A stretch of DNA of 64,000 nt from positions 11,613,498 through 11,677,497 of the forward strand of contig CM082587.2 of the NCBI GenBank assembly GCA_040954595.2. The letters are read 5' to 3'. Each line of letters opens with the position of its first letter. Within the stretch, counting starts at the first letter, position 1. Shown piece after piece: positions 20,501 to 35,500 of the stretch. A model generated the notes under the pieces. It searched no databases. It was not told the DNA's origin and was given only the letters and a program-made list of their open reading frames with translations. The translations under genes and the position numbers were made by a program. This DNA is from Balanoglossus misakiensis (taxonomy: Eukaryota; Animalia; Hemichordata).

Positions 20501-23500
20501 TATAAAAAATGCACTCTGAATGAGCTGATTTTTAGTCAAAACATTCTTTATTTTTTAATTCGGTGACCTGATCATATATAAACAATTGCTTGTATGTTAA
20601 AAGTTTTTATGACTTTTAAAAGCAGTGACACTGGCGGCATTCATCAAGAAAATAACAATTTTAGCCACAATTTGGTCAAAATCGTAATTTTTGGAAAGTT
20701 ACAAAAAATACCTGTTTTCTACATTTTTTTGGAAATCTGATGGAGTATAGAATGCTCTTCGTATGTATATATCGATACAAATTCCACAAAAGACCGTCTA
20801 ATTTGGCTCACTGCAGACAAAATTGCGTTTTACCAAATTTTCCTTGAAAATGTCATTTTTAGAAAAAAAAATAAAAAAACCTTTGTTCTTCGAATTTGGT
20901 GCCCTGATCATATATGACATGTTGATTGTATGTTAAAACTCTCGACCACTCCAAAAATGCAGAGATATTGACGGAATTCAAGAAAAATAGCCATTTTGGC
21001 CATATTTTGACAAAAATGGTAAATTTTTGAAAAATCATAAAAAATTAACTCTTTTCTTCATTTTCGGAAATATTATGGAGCATGAAGTGTCGTTCTCTTG
21101 TTAAAAGTGCTGCAAATTCCAGAAAAGGCGGTATAATTTGAATCACCCAAGACAAAATTGCAATTTTTCGACTTTTTTCGAAAAATTGTCTTTTTTACAA
21201 AATAAATAAGAATAAATTCTTTTCTTAGTTTCAAACGGGTAGAGATACTTTCCACACGGGTTTTCTAACATTGAATTCCCGTTCATCAACTCAGATTTCC
21301 TACAGCATAAGTCGGCTAAAACCCTGACACTCTAGAGCAGAAACAGTTGCACACTGGTAACGTTGAACAAGTCGATTTTTCTACGGCCTGGCTCGGCTAA
21401 ATCTCCGTCACAATATGACAGACACTAGCGTACGTTAGCAACGGTGATCAAGTCAGATTTTCTACGGCATGGCTTGGATAAAGCCCCGGCACTCTAGAGC
21501 AGAAACACGCGTACAGAGTCCACGTTGATCAAGTCTGATCTCCTACGGCTTGGCTCGACTAAAACCCCGGCACACTATGACAGACACTAGCGTTCGTTAG
21601 CAACGTTGATCAAGTCAGATTTCCTACGGCATGGCTTGGCTAAAGCCCTGGCACTCTAGAGCAGAAACAGTTGCACACTGATAACGTTGAACAAGTCGAT
21701 TTTTCTACGGCCTGGCTCGGCTAAATCTCGTCACAATATGACAGACACTAGCGTACGTTAGCAACGGTGATCAAGTCAGATTTTCAACGGCATGGGTTGG
21801 ATAAAGCCCCGGCACTCTAGAGCAGAAACACGCGTACAGAGACCACGTTGATCAAGTCTGATCTCCTACGGCTTGGCTCGACTAAAACCCCGGCACACTA
21901 TGACAGACACTAGCGTTCGTTAGCAACGTTGATCAAGTCAGATTTCCTACGGCATGGCTTGGCTAAAGCCCTGGCACTCTAGAGCAGAAACACGCCTACA
22001 GAGACCACGTTGATCTACTCACATTTCCTTCGGCCTGGCACGGCTGATGCCCCGTTACTATATATAGGACACAGAATGGCGTAAGTTAACAACGGTAATC
22101 ACGTTGGGTTTCCTACGGCCTGGCTCAGCTGAAGCCCCGGCACTCTAGAGCAGAAACAGGCGTACATTGACCACGTTGATCAAGTCAGATTTCCTACGGC
22201 GTGACTCGGCTGGTGCACCGGCTCTATATGAGACAGACTGGCGTAAGTTATCAACGGTGATTACGTCGGATTTCCTACGGCCTGGTTTAGCTGAAGCCCC
22301 GGCACTTTAGAGCGGAAACACGCGTACATTGACCACGATGATCAAGTCAGATCTCCTACGGCCTGGCTCGACTAAAACCCCGGCACACCATGACAGACAC
22401 TAGCGTTCGTTAGCAACGGTGATCAAGTCGGATTTCCTTCGGCCTGGCTCTGCAAAAGACCCGACACTCTAGTACAAAGACGTTGGCTAAGTCGGGCAAA
22501 CCGAAGAGGGAAAGTCACAGCTGGTCAATACTCGACATTTGTTCGGGTAGGACTGCATTATTGCCTGTCAATTTATTGAGAAAGCCCGAATTAAACCCGG
22601 GCGTTTCAAACACCGACGTTAGTTGGGGGCACGGCCTGCAGTACTGCCGGGTAAGCTGACATCGGCGTACCGCATATAATGTAGGGGGGGGGGGGGGGAA
22701 CAGAACGGTTCAATACTACATTTATTAGATATCAGCTAATTTTCGACAATCATCTAAAATCTAAATCATTTTTTCATATTTGGATATCTGATGATGTATG
22801 AAATTTCCATTATATGTAAAAATGGTGCTGATTATAAAAAATGCACTCTGAATGAGCTGATTTTTAGTCAAAACATTCTTTATTTTTTAATTCGGTGACC
22901 TGATCATATATAAACAATTGCTTGTATGTTAAAAGTTTTTATGACTTTTAAAAGCAGTGACACTGGCGGCATTCATCAAGAAAATAACAATTTTAGCCAC
23001 AATTTGGTCAAAATCGTAATTTTTGGAAAGTTACAAAAAATACCTGTTTTCTACATTTTCGGAAATCTGATGGAGTATAGAATGCTCTTCGTATGTATAT
23101 ATCGATACAAATTCCACAAAAGACCGTCTAATTTGGCTCACTGCAGACAAAATTGCGTTTTTCCAAATTTTCCTTGAAAATGTCATTTTTAGAAAAAAAA
23201 AATAAAAAAACCTTTGTTCTTCGAATTTGGTGCCCTGATCATATATGACATGTTGATTGTATGTTAAAACTCTCGACCACTCCAAAAATGCAGAGATATT
23301 GACGGAATTCAAGAAAAATAGCCATTTTGGCCATATTTTGACAAAAATGGTAAATTTTTGAAAAATCATAAAAAATTAACTCTTTTCTTCATTTTCGGAA
23401 ATATTATGGAGCATGAAGTGTCGTTCTCTTGTAACAAGTGCTGCAAATTCCAGAAAAGGCGGTATAATTTGAATCACCCAAGACAAAATTGCAATTTTTC

Positions 23501-26500
23501 GACTTTTTTTCGAAAAATTGTCTTTTTTACAAAATAAATAAGAATAAATTCTTTTCTTAGTTTCAGACGGGTAGAGATACTTTCCACACGGGTTTTCTAA
23601 CATTGAATTCGCGTTCATCAACTCAGATTTCCTACAGCATAAGTCGGCTAAAACCCTGACACTCTAGAGCAGAAACAGTTGCACACTGGTAACGTTGAAC
23701 AAGTCGATTTTTCTACGGCCTGGCTCGGCTAAATCTCCGTCACAATATGACAGACACTAGCGTACGTTAGCAACGGTGATCAAGTCAGATTTTCTACGGC
23801 ATGGCTTGGATAAAGCCCCGGCACTCTAGAGCAGAAACACGCGTACAGAGTCCACGTTGATCAAGTCTGATCTCCTACGGCTTGGCTCGACTAAAACCCC
23901 GGCACACTATGACAGACACTAGCGTTCGTTAGCAACGTTGATCAAGTCAGATTTCCTACGGCATGGCTTGGCTAAAGCCCTGGCACTCTAGAGCAGAAAC
24001 AGTTGCACACTGATAACGTTGAACAAGTCGATTTTTCTACGGCATGGCTCGGCTAAATCTCGTCACAATATGACAGACACTAGCGTACGTTAGCAACGGT
24101 GATCAAGTCAGATTTTCAACGGCATGGGTTGGATAAAGCCCCGGCACTCTAGAGCAGAAACACGCGTACAGAGTCCACGTTGATCAAGTCTGATCTCCTA
24201 CGGCTTGGCTCGACTAAAACCCCGGCACACTATGACAGACACTAGCGTTCGTTAGCAACGTTGATCAAGTCAGATTTCCTACGGCATGGCTTTGCTAAAG
24301 CCCTGACACTCTAGAGCAGAAACACGCGTACAGAGACCACGTTGATCTACTCACATTTCCTTCGGCCTGGCACGGCTGATGCCCCGGCACTATATATAGG
24401 ACACAGACTGGCGTAAGTTAACAACGGTAATCACGTCGGGTTTCCTACGGCCTGGCTCAGCTGAAGCCCCGGCACTCTAGAGCAGAAACGGGCGTACATT
24501 GACCACGTTGATCAAGTCAGATTTCCTTCGGCGTGACTCGGCTGGTGCACCGGCTCTATATGACACAGACTGGCGTAAGTTATCAACGGTGATTACGTCG
24601 GATTTCCTACGGCCTGGTTTAGCTGAAGCCCCGGCACTTTAGAGCGGAAACACGCGTACATTGACCACGATGATCAAGTCAGATCTCCTACGGCCTGGCT
24701 CGACTAAAACCCCGGCACACCATGACAGACACTAGCGTTCGTTAGCAACGGTGATCAAGTCGGATTTCCTTCGGCCTGGCTCTGCAAAAGACCCGACACT
24801 CTAGTACAAAGACGTTGGCTAAGTCGGGCAAACCGAACAGGGAAAGTCACAGCGGTTCAACACTTGACATTTGTTCCGGTAGGACTGCATTATTGCCTGT
24901 CGATTTATAGAGAGAGCCCGAATTTAACCAGGGCGTTTCAAACACCGACGTTTGTTGGGGGCACGGCCTACAGTACTGCCGGGTAAGCTGACATCGGCGT
25001 ACCGCATATAATGTAAGGGGGGGGGGACAGAACGGTTCAATACTACATTTATTAGATATCAGCTAATTTTGGACAATCATCTAAAATCTAAATCATTTTT
25101 TCATATTTGGATATCTGATGATGTATGAAATTTCCATTATATGTAAAAATGGTGCTTATTATAAAACATGCACTCTGAATGAACTGATTTAATACAAGAT
25201 TGCGTTTTATTCGTTTTTGCACCAAAAAGGTCATTTTTAGGCAAAACATTCTTTATTTTTTTAATTCGGTGACCTGATCATATATAAACAATTGCTTGTA
25301 TGTTAAAAGTTATTATGACTTTTAAAAGCAGTGACACTGGCGGCATTCAACACGAAAATAACAATTTTAGCCACAATTTAGTCAAAATGGTAAATTTTTG
25401 AAATTTACAAAAAATACCTGTTTTCTACATTTTCGGAAATCTGATGGAGTGTAGAATGCTCTTCGTATGTATATATCGTTAAATTCCACAAAAGACCGTC
25501 TAATTTGGCTCACTGCAGACAAAATTGCGTTTTACCAAATTTTCCTTGAAAATGTCATTTTTAGAAAAAAAAAAAAAAAACCTTTGTTCTTCGAATTTGG
25601 TGCCCTGCTCATATATGACATGTTGATTGTATGTTAAAACTCTCGACCACTCCAAAAATGCTGAGATATTGACGGAATTCAAGAAAAATAGCCATTTTGG
25701 CCATATTTTGACAAAAATGGTAAATTTTTGAAAAATCATAAAAAATTAACTCTTTTCTTCATTTTCGGAAATATTATGGAGCATGAAGTGTCGTTCTCTT
25801 GTAAAAAGTGCTGCAAATTCCAGAAAAGGCGGTATAATTTGAATCACCCAAGACAAAATTGCAATTTTTCGACTTTTTTTCGAAAAATTGTCTTTTTTAC
25901 AAAATAAATAAGAATAAATTCTTTTCTTAGTTTCAAACGGGTAGAGATACTTTCCACACGGGTTTTCTAACATTGAATTCCCGTTCATCAACTCAGATTT
26001 CCTACAGCATAAGTCGGCTAAAACCCTGAGACTTTAGAGCAGAAACAGTTGCACACTGGTAACGTTGAACAAGTCGATTTTTCTACGGCCTGGCTCGGCT
26101 AAATCTCCGTCACAATATGACAGACACTAGGGTACGTTAGCAACGGTGATCAAGTCAGATTTTCTACGGCATGGCTTGGATAAAGCCCCGGCACTCTAGA
26201 GCAGAAACACGCGTACAGAGACCACGTTGATCAAGTCTGATCTCCTACGGCTTTGCTCGACTAAAACCCCGGCACACTATGACAGACATTAGCGTTCGTT
26301 AGCAACGTTGATCAAGTCAGATTTCCTACGGCATGGCTTGGCTAAAGCCCTGGCACTCTAGAGCAGAAACACGCGTACAGAGACCACGTTGATCTACTCA
26401 CATTTCCCACGGCCTGGCTCAGCTGAAGCCCCGGCACTCTAGAGCAGAAACAGGCGTACATTGACCACGTTGATCAAGTAAGATTTCCTACGGCGTGACT

Positions 26501-29500
26501 CGGCTGGTGCATCGGCTCTATATGACACAGACTGGCGTAAGTTATCAACGGTGATTACGTCGGATTTCCTACGGCCTGGTTTAGCTGAAGCCCCGGCCCT
26601 TTAGAGCGGAAACACGCGTACATTGACCACGATGATCAAGTCAGATCTCCTACGGCCTGGCTCGACTAAAACCCCGGCACACCATGACAGACACTAGCGT
26701 TCGTTAGCAACGGTGATCAAGTCGGATTTCCTTCGGCCTGGCTCTGCAAAAGACCCGACACTCTAGTACAAAGACGTTGGCTAAGTCGGGCAAACCGAAC
26801 AGGGAAAGTCACAGCGGGTCAACACTCGACATTTGTTCCGGTAGGACTGCATTATTGCCTGTCAATTTATAGAGAAAGCCCGAATTTAACCAGGGCGTTT
26901 CAAACACCGACGTTAGTTGGGGGCACGGCCTGCAGTACTGCCGGGTAAGCTGACATCAGCGTACCGCATATAATGTAGGGGGGGAACAGAACGGTTCAAT
27001 ACTACATTTATCAGATATCAGCTAATTTTTGACAATCATCTAAAATGTAAATCATCTTTTCATATTTGGATATCTGATGATGTATGAAATTTCCATTATA
27101 TGTAAAAATGGTGCTGATTATAAAAATGCACTCTGAATGAGCTGATTTAATACAAAATTGCGTTTTATTCGTTTTTGCACCAAAAAGGTCATTTTTAGTC
27201 AAAACATTCTTTATTTTTTTAATTCGGTGACCTTATCATATATAAACAATTGCTTGTATGTTAAAAGTTTTTATGACTTTTAAAAGCAGTGACACTGGCG
27301 GCATTCAACACTTTAATAACAATTTTAGCCACAATTCGGTCAAAATGGTAAATTTTTGAAAATTACAAAAAATACCTGTTTTCTACATTTTCGGAAATCT
27401 GATGGAGTATAGAATGCTCTTCGTATGTATATATCGATACAAATTCCACAAAAGACCGTCTAATTTGGCTCACTGCAGACAAAATTGCGTTTTACCAAAT
27501 TTTCCTTGAAAATGTCATTTTTAGAAAAAAAAATAAAAAACCTTTGTTCTTCGAATTTAGTGCCTGATCATATATGACATGTTGATTGTATGTTAAAACT
27601 TTCGACCACTCCAAAAATGCTGAGATATTGACGGAATTCAAGAAAAAATAGCCATTTTGGCCATATTTTGACAAAAATGGTAAATTTTTAAAAAATCATA
27701 AAAAATTAACTCTTTTCTTCATTTTCGGAAATATTATAGAGCATGAAGTGTCGTTCTCTTGTAAAAAGTGCTGCAAATTCCAGAAAAGGCGGTATAATTT
27801 GAATCACCCAAGACAAAATTACCATTTTCGACTTTTTTTCGAAATATTGTTTTTTTACAAAATAAATAAGAATAAATTCTTTTCTTAGTTCCAAACGGGT
27901 AGAGATACTTTCCACACGGATTTCTAACATTGAATTCCAGTTCATCAACTCAGATTTCCTACAAGTCGGCTAAAACCCTGACTCTCTAGAACAGAAACAG
28001 TTGCACACTGGTAACGTTGAACAAGTCGATTTTTCTACGGCCTGGCTCGGCTAAATCTCCGTCACAATATGACAGACACTAGCGTAGGTTAGCAACGGTG
28101 ATCAAGTCAGATTTTCTACGGCATGGCTTGGATAAAGCCCCGGCACTCCAGAGCAGAAACATGCGTACAGAGACCACGTTGATCAAGTCTGATCTCCTAC
28201 GGCTTGGTTCGACTAAAACCCCGGCACACTATGACAGACACTAGCGTTCGTTAGCAACGGTGATCAAGTCAGATTTCCTACGGCATAGCTTGGCTAAAGC
28301 CCTGGCACTCTAGAGCAGAAACACGCGTACAGAAACCACGTTGATCTACTCACATTTCCTTCGGCCTGGCACGGCTGATGCCCCGGCAGTATATATAGGA
28401 CACAGACTTGCGTAAGTTAACAACGGTAATCACGTCGGGTTTCCTACGGCCTGGCTCAGCTGAAGCCCCGGCACTCTAGAGCAGAAACAGGCGTACATTG
28501 ACCACGTTGATCAAATCAGATTCCTACGGTGTGACTCCGCTGGTGCACCGGCTCTATATGACACAGACTGGCGTAAGTTATCAACGGTGATTACGTCGGA
28601 TTTCCTACGGCCTGGTTTAGCTCAAGCCCCGGCACTTTAGAGCGGAAACACGCGTACATTGACCACGATGATCAAGTCAGATCTCCTACGGCTTGGCTCG
28701 ACTAAAACCCCGGCACACTATGACAGACACTAGCGTTCGTTAGCAACGTTGATCAATTCAGATTTCCTACGGCATGGCTTGGCTAAAGCCCTGGCATTCT
28801 AGAGCAGAAACACGCGTACAGAGACCACATTGATCTACTCACATTTCCTTAGGCCTGGCACGGCTGATGTCCCGCACTATATATAGGACACAGACTGGCG
28901 TAAGTTAACAACGGTAATCACGTCGGGTTTCCTACGGCCTGGCTCAGCTGAAGCCCCGGCACTCTAGAGCAGAAACAGGCGTACATTGACCACGTTGATC
29001 AAATCAGATTCCTACGGCGTGACTCGGCTGGTGCACCGGCTCTATATGACACAGACTGGCGTAAGTTATCAACGGTGATTACGTCGGATTTCCTACGGCC
29101 TGGTTTAGCTGAAGCCCCGGCACTTTAGAGCGGAAACACGCGTACATTGACCACGATGATCCAATCAGATCTCCTACGGCCTGGCTCGACTAAAACCCCG
29201 GCACACCATGACAGACGCTAGCGTTCGTTAGCATCGGTGATCAAGTCGGATTTCCTTCGGCCTGGCTCTGCAAAACACCCGACACTCTAGTACAAAGACG
29301 TTGGCTAAGTCGGGCAAACCGAAGAGGGAAAGTCACAGCGGGTCAACACTCGACATTTGTTCCGGTAGGACTACATTATTGCCTGTCAATTTATAGAGAA
29401 AGCCCGAATTTAACCAGGGCGTTTCAAACACCGACGTTAGTTGTGGGCACGGCCTGCAGTACTGACGGGTAAGCTGACATCGGCGTACCGCATGTAATGT

Positions 29501-32500
29501 AGGGGGGGGGGGGGAACAGAACGGTTCAATACTATATTTATTAGATATCAGCTACTTTTGGACAATCATCTAAAATCTAAATCATTTTTTCATATTTGGA
29601 TATCTGATGATGTATGAAATTTCCATTATATGTAAAAATGGTGCTGATTATAAAAAATGCACTCTGAATGAGCTGATTTAATACAAAATTGCGTTTTATT
29701 CGTTTTTGCACCAAAAAGGTCATTTTTAGGGAAAACATTCTTTATTCTTTAAATTCGGTGACCTGATCATATATAAACAATTGCTTGTATGTTAAAAGTT
29801 TTAATGACTTTTAAAAGCAGTGACACTGGCGGCATTCAACACGAAAATAACAATTTTAGCCACAATTCGGTCAAAATGGTAAATTTTTGAAAATTACAAA
29901 AAATACCTGTTTTCTACATTTTCGGAAATCTGATGGAGTATAGAATGCTCTTCGTATACATATATCGATACAAATTCCACAAAAAAACGGCCAATTTGGC
30001 TCACTGCAGACAAAATTGCGTTTTACCAAATTTTCCTTGAAAATGTCATTTTTAGAAAAAAAAATAAAAAAAACCTTTGTTCTTCGAATTTGGTGCCCTG
30101 ATCATATATGACATGTTGATTGTATGTTAAAACTTTCGACCACTCCAAAAATGCAGAGATATTGACGGAATTCAAGAAAAAATAGCCATTTTGGCCATAT
30201 TTTGACAAAAATGGTAAATTTTTAAAAAATCGTAAAAAATTAACTCTTTTCTTCATTTTCGGAAATATTATGGAGCATGAAGTGTCGTTCTCTTGTAAAA
30301 AGTGCTGCAAATTCCAGAAAAGGCGGTATAATTTGAATCACCCATGACAAAATTACCATTTTCGACTTTTTTTCGAAAAATTGTGATTTTTACAAAATAA
30401 ATAAGAATAAATTATTTTCTCAGTTTCAAAAGGGTAGAGACACTTTCCACACAGGTTTTTTAACATTGAATTCCCATTCATCAACTCAGATTTCCTACAG
30501 CATAAGTCGGCTAAAACCCTGACACTCTAGAGCAGAAACAGTTGCACACTGGTAACGTTGAACAAGTCGATTTTTCTACGGCCTGGCTCGGCTAAATCTC
30601 CGTCACAATATGACAGACACTATCGTACGTTAGCAACGGTGATCAAGTCAGATTTTCTACGGCATGGCTTGGATAAAGCCCCGGCACTCTAGATCAGAAA
30701 CACGCGTACAGAGACCACGTTGATCTACTCACATTTCCTTCGGCCTGGCACGGCTGATGCCCCGGCACTATATATAGGACACAGACTGGCGTAAGTTAAC
30801 AACGGTAATCACGTCGGGTTTCCTACGGCCTGGCTCAGCTGAAGCCCCGGCACTCTAGAGCAGAAACAGGCGTACATTGACCACGTTGATCAAGTCAGAT
30901 TTCCTACGGCGTGACTCGGCTGGTGCACCGGCTCTATATGACACAGACTGGCGTAAGTTATCAACGGTGATTACGTCGGATTTCCTACGGCATGGTTTAG
31001 CTGAAGCCCCGGCACTTCAGAGCGGAAACACGCGTACATTGACCACGATGATCAAGTCAGATCTCCTACGGCCTGGCTCGACTAAAACCCCGGCACACCA
31101 TGACAGACACTAGCGTTCGTTAGCAACGGTGATCAAGTCGGATTTCCTTCGGCCTGGCTCTGCAAAAGACCCGACACATTAGTACAGAGACGTTGGCTAA
31201 GTCGGGCAAACCGAAGAGGGAAAGTCACAGCGGGTCAACACTCGACATTTGTTCGGGTAGGACTGCATTATTGCCTGTCAATTTATAGAGAAAGCCCGAA
31301 TTTAACCAGGGCGTTTCAAACACCGACGTTATTTGGGGGCACGGCCTGCAGTACTGCCGGGTAAGCTGACATCGGCGTACCGCATATAATGTAGGGGGGG
31401 GGGGGGGACAGAACGGTTCAATACTACATTTATTAGATATCAGCTAATTTTGGACAATCATCTAAAATCTAAATCATTTTTTCATATTTGGATATCTGAT
31501 GATGTATGAAATTTCCAATATATGTAAAAATGGTGCTGATTATAAAAAATGCACTCTGAATGAGCTGATTTAATACAAAAATTGCGTTTTATTCGTTTTT
31601 GCACCAAAAAGGTCATTTTTAGGCAAAACATTCTTTATTTTTTTAATTCGGTGGCCTGATCATATATAAGCAATTGCTTGCATGTTAAAAGTTTTTATGA
31701 CTTTTAAAAGCAGTGACACTGGCGGCATTCAACACGAAAATAACAATTTTAACCACAATTTGGTCAAAATGGTAAATTTTTGAAAATTACAAAAAATACC
31801 TGTTTTCTACATTTTCGGAAATCTGATGGAGTATAGAATGCTCTTCGTATATATATATCGATACAAATTCCACAAAAGACCGTCTAATTTGGCTTACTGC
31901 AGACAAAATTGCGTTTTACCAAATTTTCCTTGAAAATGTCATTTTTACAAAAATAAAATAAAAAAACCTTCGTTCTTCGAATTTGGTGCCCTGATCATAT
32001 ATGACATGTTGATTGTATGTTAAAACTTTCCACCACTCCAAAAATGCAGAGATATTGACGGAATTCAAGAAAAAATAGCCATTTTGGTCATATTTTGACA
32101 AAATGGTACATTTTTAAAAAATCATAAAAAATAAACTCTTTTCTTCATTTTCGGAAATATTATGGAGCATGAAGTGTCGTTCTCTTGTAAAAAGTGCTGC
32201 AAATTCCAGAAAATGTGGTATAATTTGAATCACCCAAGACAAAATTACCATTTTCGACTTTTTTTCGAAAAATTGTCTTTTTTACAAAATAAATAAGAAT
32301 AAATTCTTTTCTTAGTTTCAAACGGGTAGAGATACTTTCCACACGGGTTTTCTAACATTGAATTCCCGTTCATCAACTCAGATTTCCTACAGCATAAGTC
32401 GGCTAAAACCCTGACACTCTAGAGCAGAAACAGTTGCACACTGATAACGTTGAACAAGTCGATTTTTCTACGGCCTGGCTCGGCTAAATCTCGTCACAAT

Positions 32501-35500
32501 ATGACAGACACTAGCGTACGTTAGCAACGGTGATCAAGTCAGATTTTCAACGGCATGGGTTGGATAAAGCCCCGGCACTCTAGAGCAGAAACACGCGTAC
32601 AGAGACCACGTTGATCAAGTCTGATCTCCTACGGCTTGGCTCGACTAAAACCCCGGCACACTATGACAGACACTAGCGTTCGTTAGCAACGTTGATCTAG
32701 TCAGATTTTCTACGGCATGGCTTTGCTAAAGCCCTGACACTCTAGAGCAGAAACACGCGTACAGAGACTACGTTGATCTACTCACATTTCCTTCGGCCTG
32801 GCACGGCTGATGCCCCGGCACTATATATAGGACACAGACTGGCGTAAGTTAACAACGGTAATCACGTCGGGTTTCCTACGGCCTGGCTCAGCTGAAGCCC
32901 CGGCACTCTAGAGCAGAAACAGGCGTACATTGACCACGTTGATCAAGTCAGATTTCCTACGGCGTGACTCGGCTGGTGCACCGGCTCTATATGACACAGA
33001 CTGGCGTAAGTTATCAACGGTGATTACGTCGGATTTCCTACGGCATGGTTTAGCTGAAGCCCCAGCACTTCAGAGCGGAAACACGCGTACATTGACCACG
33101 ATGATCAAGTCAGATCTCCTACGGCCTGGCTCGACTAAAACCCCGGCACACCATGACAGACACTAGCGTTCGTTAGCAACGGTGATCAAGTCGGATTTCC
33201 TTCGGCCTGGCTCTGCAAAAGACCCGACACATTAGTACAGAGGCGTTGGCTAAGTCGGGCAAACCGAAGAGGGAAAGTCACAGCGGGTCAACACTCGACA
33301 TTTGTTCGGGTAGGACTGCATTATTGCCTGTCAATTTATAGAGAAAGCCCGAATTTAACCAGGGCGTTTCAAACACCGACGTTATTTGGGGGCACGGCCT
33401 GCAGTACTGCCGGGTAAGCTGACATCGGCGTACCGCATATAATGTAGGGGGGGGGGGGAGGGACAGAACGGTTCAATACTACATTTATTAGATATCAGCT
33501 AATTTTGGACAATCATCTAAAATCTAAATCATTTTTTCATATTTGGATATCTGATGATGTATGAAATTTCCAATATATGTAAAAATGGTGCTGATTATAA
33601 AAAATGCACTCTGAATGAGCTGATTTAATACAAAAATTGCGTTTTATTCGTTTTTGCACCAAAAAGGTCATTTTTAGGCAAAACATTCTTTATTTTTTTA
33701 ATTCGGTGGCCTGATCATATATAAGCAATTGCTTGCATGTTAAAAGTTTTTATGACTTTTAAAAGCAGTGACACTGGCGGCATTCAACACGAAAATAACA
33801 ATTTTAACCACAATTTGGTCAAAATGGTAAATTTTTGAAAATTACAAAAAGTACCTGTTCTCTACATTTTCGGAAATCTGATGGAGTATAGAATGCTCTT
33901 CGTATATATATATCGATACAAATTCCACAAAAGACCGTCTAATTTGGCTTACTGCAGACAAAATTGCGTTTTACCAAATTTTCCTTGAAAATGTCATTTT
34001 TAGAAAAATAAAATAAAAAAACCTTCGTTCTTCGAATTTGGTGCCCTGATCATATATGACATGCTGATTGTATGTTAAAACTTTCCACCACTCCAAAAAT
34101 GCAGAGATATTGACGGAATTCAAGAAAAAATAGCCATTTTGGTCATATTTTGACAAAATGGTACATTTTTAAAAAATCATAAAAAATAAACTCTTTTCTT
34201 CATTTTCGGAAATATTATGGAGCATGAAGTGTCGTTCTCTTGTAAAAAGTGCTGCAAATTCCAGAAAATGTGGTATAATTTGAATCACCCAAGACAAAAT
34301 TACCATTTTCGACTTGTTTTCGAAAAATTGTCTTTTTTAAAAAATAAATAAGAATAAATTCTTTTCTTAGTTTCAAACGGGTAGAGATACTTTCCACACG
34401 GGTTTTCTAACATTGAATTCCCGTTCATCAACTCAGATTTCATACAGCATAAGTCGGCTAAAACCCTGACACTCTAGAGCAGAAACAGTTGCACACTGAT
34501 AACGTTGAACAAGTCGATTTTTCTACGGCCTGGCTCGGCTAAATCTCGTCACAATATGACAGACACTAGCGTACGTTAGCAACGGTGATCAAGTCAGATT
34601 TTCAACGGCATGGGTTGGATAAAGCCCCGGCACTCTAGAGCAGAAACACGCGTACAGAGACCACGTTGATCAAGTCTGATCTCCTACGGCTTGGCTCGAC
34701 TAAAACCCCGGCACACTATGACAGACACTAGCGTTCGTTAGCAACGTTGATCAAGTCAGATTTCCTACGGCATGGCTTTGCTAAAGCCCTGACACTCTAG
34801 AGCAGAAACACGCGTACAGAGACCACGTTGATCTACTCACATTTCCTTCGGCCTGGCACGGCTGATGCCCCGGCACTATATATAGGACACAGACTGGCGT
34901 AAGTTAACAACGGTAATCACGTCGGGTTTCCTACGGCCTGGCTCAGCTGAAGCCCCGGCACTCTAGAGCAGAAACAGGCGTACATTGACCACGTTGATCA
35001 AGTCAGATTTCCTACGGCGTGACTCGGCTGGTGCACCGGCTCTATATGACACAGACTGGCGTAAGTTATCAACGGTGATTACGTCGGATTTCCTACGGCA
35101 TGGTTTAGCTAAAGCCCCGGCACTTTAGAGCAGAAACAGGCGTACATTGACCACGTTGATCAAGTCAGATTTCCTACGGCGTGACTCGGCTGGTGCACCG
35201 GCTCTATATGACACAGACTGGCGTGAGTTATCAACGGTGATTACGCCGGATTTCCTACGGCATGGTTTAGCTGAAGCCCCGGCACTTTAGAGCGGAAACA
35301 CGCGTACATTGACCGCGATGATCAAGTCAGATCTCCTACGGCCTGGCTCGACTAAAACCCCGGCACACCATGACAGACACTAGCGTTCGTTAGCAACGGT
35401 GATCAAGTCGGATTTCCTTCGGCCTGGCTCTTCAAAAGACCCGACACATTAGTACAAAGACGTTGGCTAAGTCGGGCAAACCGAAGAGGGAAAGTCACAG

